Positions 60,868 through 64,000 of a stretch of DNA of 64,000 bases are shown here, piece after piece. Below the pieces are notes generated by a model that saw nothing but the letters and a program-made list of their open reading frames with translations, ran no database searches and was not told where the DNA came from. The DNA lies in NCBI GenBank assembly GCA_963752475.1, contig CAVVYR010000008.1, positions 224,001 through 288,000 on the forward strand. The letters run 5' to 3'. Source of the DNA: an uncultured Chloroflexia bacterium. Its GTDB lineage: Bacteria > Chloroflexota > Limnocylindria > Limnocylindrales > CSP1-4. How positions within the stretch are numbered: position 1 is the first letter of the stretch; each line of letters begins with the position of its first letter. A program made the translations under genes and the position numbers.

Positions 60868-61638
60868 ATGATCAGGTTCCGACCACTCAGCGTGGCGATG
60901 GCTGCCTTGTTGCTGTTCGCGCTCGGGGGAAGTGCCCTCGGCCAGACACCGCTGCCCATCGAGCGCACGCCGGAGATGGAGGAGCATGCCGCGGAATTCG
61001 CGGCCCAGTTCCCCGAGACGGTCGGAGGCGTGTCGCTCTTGGACAACCTCGAGATCGACGTCGGACAGGAGCTCATCGGTGAGATGGATCTGAGCGATCC
61101 TGAAGATGCCGCGGAGATCGCCCGGTTCAACGAGATCGCCTCGGCCGCTGGAGGGACGCTCGATGATGCTGCGACCGCCATCAGCTACGCCCAGCTGAGC
61201 GAGGACGCCTTCGTGACGATCATCGCCCTGCAGGTCCGAGGTAGCGACATCCAGCCGGCGCTTCCGCTCTTCGTCGCCACGTTCGAGGAGGACATGCCTG
61301 GTGTGCTCGTAGAAGAGGCTCAGGTCAACGACGTCGACGTGACGCGGCTCAGCGACCCCGAAGACCCGGAAGCAGGGTCGATCGTCATCCTGGCTCGTGG
61401 TGATGCCCTCTGGCTGGTCTCCGCGCCACCGGAGTACCTCGAGGAAACCATCGGTTCACTGCCGGAAATCCTGACGCCGAACGCCGACCAGCTCCGAGCG
61501 CTCGTCCCCAACCTGGGACTCAAGGTGGCCGAGCTCCCCACGCGAGCGCCGGACAAGGAGTTGGCTGAGATACTCCACGCCCATCCGGGCATGCGCACCT
61601 TTGTAGAGGTGGCTGCCCCCGCAGCGTCGTGCCGATAG
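60868..61638 (+). CDS. Secreted acidic hypothetical protein whose 3' end reads into a methyltransferase remnant
   Basis: Signal peptide; sequence from ~61474 is homologous to the 47402 N-terminus. Confidence 0.75.
   Translation: MIRFRPLSVAMAALLLFALGGSALGQTPLPIERTPEMEEHAAEFAAQFPETVGGVSLLDNLEIDVGQELIGEMDLSDPEDAAEIARFNEIASAAGGTLDDAATAISYAQLSEDAFVTIIALQVRGSDIQPALPLFVATFEEDMPGVLVEEAQVNDVDVTRLSDPEDPEAGSIVILARGDALWLVSAPPEYLEETIGSLPEILTPNADQLRALVPNLGLKVAELPTRAPDKELAEILHAHPGMRTFVEVAAPAASCR
61474..61612 (+). pseudogene. Third, 5'-fragment copy of the 47402 methyltransferase
   Basis: GCCGAGCTCCCCACGCGAGCGCCGGACAAGGAG is identical to sequence at ~47489-47521; a 33-bp deletion lies between GCCGA microhomologies. 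Confidence 0.85.
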
Positions 61639-61682
61639 CAGCGCTGCGCCCGTGCGTCGGCAGACCACGGGTGCACGAGCGG

Positions 61683-61913
61683 CTATCCCAAGACGTCGAA
61701 GCTCAGTCCCGCGTGGGAGGTGAGCCGCGCCAGCAGCTGCTCACCAAGAGCCGAGGCCGGCGTCCACGAGCCACCACCGACGGCGATCCGGCCCCCATCC
61801 TGGGCAAGGCACAGAGCAGATTCGATGAGCATCCGACTCGAGGAGAGCGCCCCGGGATCCCCCTCGCCTGCCACGCGTGCCTTGATGACGTCGCCGTCGT
61901 CATGCTTGGTCAC
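61683..61913 (-). pseudogene. C-terminal remnant of a saccharopine dehydrogenase-like oxidoreductase
   Basis: ARVAGEGDPG..MLIESALCLA..GGSWTPASALGEQLLARL; the NAD-binding N-terminus is absent. Confidence 0.7.
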
Positions 61914-61922
61914 TCAGGGTGG

Positions 61923-61940
61923 GTAGCACACTTGTGCTAC
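61923..61940. promoter_or_regulatory. Palindromic operator of the TA operon
   Basis: Perfect GTAGCACA-CT-TGTGCTAC overlapping a TACTCT -10 just upstream of the ATG at 61950 (probably leaderless). Confidence 0.75.
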
Positions 61941-61949
61941 TCTCGGGCC

Positions 61950-62177
61950 ATGGCGAAGTCCGTAACGCTCCGTCGCGTCGGCGGGTCCGTGGGTACCACG
62001 CTCCCCAAGGAGATGGTCGACCGGCTCGATCTGGCCGCCGGTGACCGAGTCCTGGCCATCGAGACCGAGCGAGGCATCCTGCTGACGCCGTACACCGAGG
62101 AGCTCGAGGCTGAGTTGGCTGCGACGCGGCGCGCCGCGAAGCGCTATCGGGCAGCCCTGCACGAACTGGCTAAGTGA
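61950..62177 (+). CDS. AbrB/MazE-type antitoxin
   Basis: LRRVGGSVGTTLPKE..L..GD..GILLTPY..YRAALHELAK. Confidence 0.9.
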   Translation: MAKSVTLRRVGGSVGTTLPKEMVDRLDLAAGDRVLAIETERGILLTPYTEELEAELAATRRAAKRYRAALHELAK

Positions 62178-62569
62178 GAGGCGGTGAGCCACGCTGGCTC
62201 CGACGCTTGGTGCTCGACGAGGCTCACTTCCAGCAGGTCCGTGCCCACGGTGGGTCGTATGGCATCCGCGATGAGAACGCACTCGAGTCGGCATTGGGGC
62301 GTCCTCGGCACCGCTGGTCGTACTCGCCTGAGACCGGCCTGCCGGAACTGGCGGCCGCGTACGCGTTCGGCCTGATGAGGGATCACCCGTACGTCGATGG
62401 GAACAAGCGCATCGCCCTGGTCGCGCTGGTCGCGTTCCTTGACCTCAACGGCATGGAGCTGGTCGCCACCAACGCTGATGCGCACATGGCCGTGCTCGCC
62501 GTAGCAGCCGGAGAGATGACCGAGGCCGAGCTGGCCGACTGGATCGAGGCACACTCAAGCGCTTGGTGA
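62174..62569 (+). CDS. doc: Doc (death-on-curing) family toxin
   Basis: GIRDENALESALGRP and HPYVDGNKR motif; GTGA-coupled to the antitoxin. Confidence 0.92.
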   Translation: MRGGEPRWLRRLVLDEAHFQQVRAHGGSYGIRDENALESALGRPRHRWSYSPETGLPELAAAYAFGLMRDHPYVDGNKRIALVALVAFLDLNGMELVATNADAHMAVLAVAAGEMTEAELADWIEAHSSAW

Positions 62570-62616
62570 CCAGCCGAGCTGGATCGAGGCGGCCGCAAGC
62601 GGTCGGCAAGCCGGAA

Positions 62617-62696
62617 GAAGGGCGTAGCGCCCCCAAGGGGCCTTGAGGGCGCGGGAACAACGCAGCGCCGGAGACCCGCTTGCCTGGCACGCGGAG
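62617..62696 (+). repeat. 80-bp direct repeat A (tRNA-3'-end-like core plus DPLAW.AE-coding tail)
   Basis: About 64/80 identical, gapless, to 63471-63550. Confidence 0.85.
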
Positions 62697-62846
62697 GCGG
62701 GACGAGCTTGGCCGTAGAGCGCCGCGACCGCACCTCGATCGGTGTCGCTGCCCTCAGGCCCGAACCCCGCCCTGCCTGACGGAATCGGAACCTCATCACA
62801 GCCATGGCATCACCAACTGGGTACGAGACCCACGCGAGGAGAGGCC

Positions 62847-63461
62847 ATGGCCAGGAGTGTGATCAGAGTGCTCGCGACCGCCACGGTGCTGGCAGCGTTC
62901 ATGGGTGCGAGCCAGGCGGGCGCAGCGGAAGACTCCGGTGACCTGCAGGCCGAAGTGGCACGGGTGCAGGCGGAACTCGAGGCTGTGACGGCCGAGCGAG
63001 ACGCCCTGCTGGAAGAAGACGGGGCGCGAGACGAGCGCTACCAGCGGTCGAGCGAGACGCAAGAGGCGCTCATCGACATCATCGCTGATCCGGCGGCGTT
63101 CGGGAGCATGGACGAGGTCCTCGACCTACTGGACGAGTTGGCTGTCCCCGGTGCGACCATGGATGACGTCGCGCTTGGGGCCGCCGGTTGGCGCGCCGCA
63201 TGGCAAGGGACGCTCTTCGGTGCCCACGCCACGATCCCGACGTGGGTCAAGTGGATGGCCGACGATGGGTCTATCGGAGGCTCGCTGTGGACCTGGACGG
63301 GGCGCGCCCGCAACGGGGAGTCGCTCACGCTCCCGGGGATCGACGTCAGCACGTACGACGAGAACGGGCTTATCACCTCGGTCGTTGTCTACTGGCCCTA
63401 CGAGAACTCAGAAGTCGCGTGTGTCTTCTACAAGGGCAACGAGGCGTGCGCTGCCGGATAG
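62847..63461 (+). CDS. Secreted coiled-coil plus SnoaL/NTF2-like protein
   Basis: AGGAGAGG RBS, signal peptide, coiled coil and WTWTG..G..GIDV..YDENGLIT...VYW. Confidence 0.75.
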   Translation: MARSVIRVLATATVLAAFMGASQAGAAEDSGDLQAEVARVQAELEAVTAERDALLEEDGARDERYQRSSETQEALIDIIADPAAFGSMDEVLDLLDELAVPGATMDDVALGAAGWRAAWQGTLFGAHATIPTWVKWMADDGSIGGSLWTWTGRARNGESLTLPGIDVSTYDENGLITSVVVYWPYENSEVACVFYKGNEACAAG

Positions 63462-63470
63462 TCGGAACAG

Positions 63471-63550
63471 GAAGGGTGTGGCGCCCCCAAGTGGTCTTGG
63501 GGACTCGGGAACAACGCAGCGTGGACGACCCTCTGGCGTGGTACGCCGAG
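63471..63550 (+). repeat. 80-bp direct repeat B
   Basis: Gapless match to 62617-62696. Confidence 0.85.
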
Positions 63551-63666
63551 AGCGCGTGACGGTGGGCGAGGTGACCCCCGTGCCTGCACCCGCGACGGCT
63601 GACCACGGCGCTCGCACACCGTGGGGAGGGCACAGGTCAGTCCCTGCCACACCTAGGGAGGGCTGC

Positions 63667-63996
63667 TCAGGGCCGCAGTTGGATCACCGTCCAGTGGGCG
63701 AGTGTGTCGGTGGCGCACGAGGCCGGCGTGGTCACCAGGATTCGCTCAGCAGCGTCGCTCGCCTCGGCGTAGGCATCGATACCCGAGAAGTCGCACGGCG
63801 CGAACTGGGAGACTTCGCGGAAGCGCAGCTCGTCCTGCCAGTCATGGATTAGCTCCTTCTCAGTCGCGAGCGCGAACTCGGTGCCGCCGCGGCTGGCGAT
63901 GTCATCGAGCGTGCCGGGTAACTGCGCCCAGACCTCTCGCATCGGGAACGAGCTGTCCACGACCACGAAGACACGCTCACTCTCACGAGACAGCAT
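63667..63996 (-). CDS. Hypothetical protein (probably continues beyond the window)
   Basis: Open frame reaching the window edge with high-GC3 codons. Confidence 0.55.
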   Translation of the reverse strand: MLSRESERVFVVVDSSFPMREVWAQLPGTLDDIASRGGTEFALATEKELIHDWQDELRFREVSQFAPCDFSGIDAYAEASDAAERILVTTPASCATDTLAHWTVIQLRP

Positions 63997-64000
63997 GATC

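Noticed and set aside
62617-63550. Classical integron attC sites or true tRNA genes
   Set aside because: No RYYYAAC..GTTRRRY palindromic attC structure, no intI, and only a tRNA-end-like fragment without D or anticodon arms.

Overview
High-GC bacterial DNA. The gene content suggests a monoderm such as Chloroflexota (possibly Limnocylindria) or Actinomycetota; this is inference only. The window has three zones. (1) 1-6.8 kb: a translationally coupled hdrB-hdrA-mvhD-mvhG-mvhA operon (group 3c-type [NiFe]-hydrogenase/heterodisulfide reductase) followed by a maturation protease and a cysteine-free HypA. (2) 7.2-43.2 kb: a ~1,900-aa S8 protease with 13 PASTA repeats, split by two 1-bp indels; a QueG/RdhA-like cobalamin Fe-S protein; a candidate sRNA; a TetR/ABC exporter locus with four operators at 18-bp spacing; then mostly core genes (lepB, mscL, rplY, two-component system plus HtrA, folBPC, PknB-like kinase, galU). 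(3) 43.4-64 kb: an accessory region. It holds two paralogous ECF sigma/anti-sigma-like pairs sharing an unfamiliar extracellular repeat domain, one intact and two eroded copies of a methyltransferase, a TRAP transporter with an aldolase, secreted proteins, an AbrB/Doc toxin-antitoxin pair, gene fossils, and recurrent tRNA-3'-end-like repeats that bracket single genes like cassettes. I saw no CRISPR array, rRNA, complete tRNA or integrase/transposase gene.
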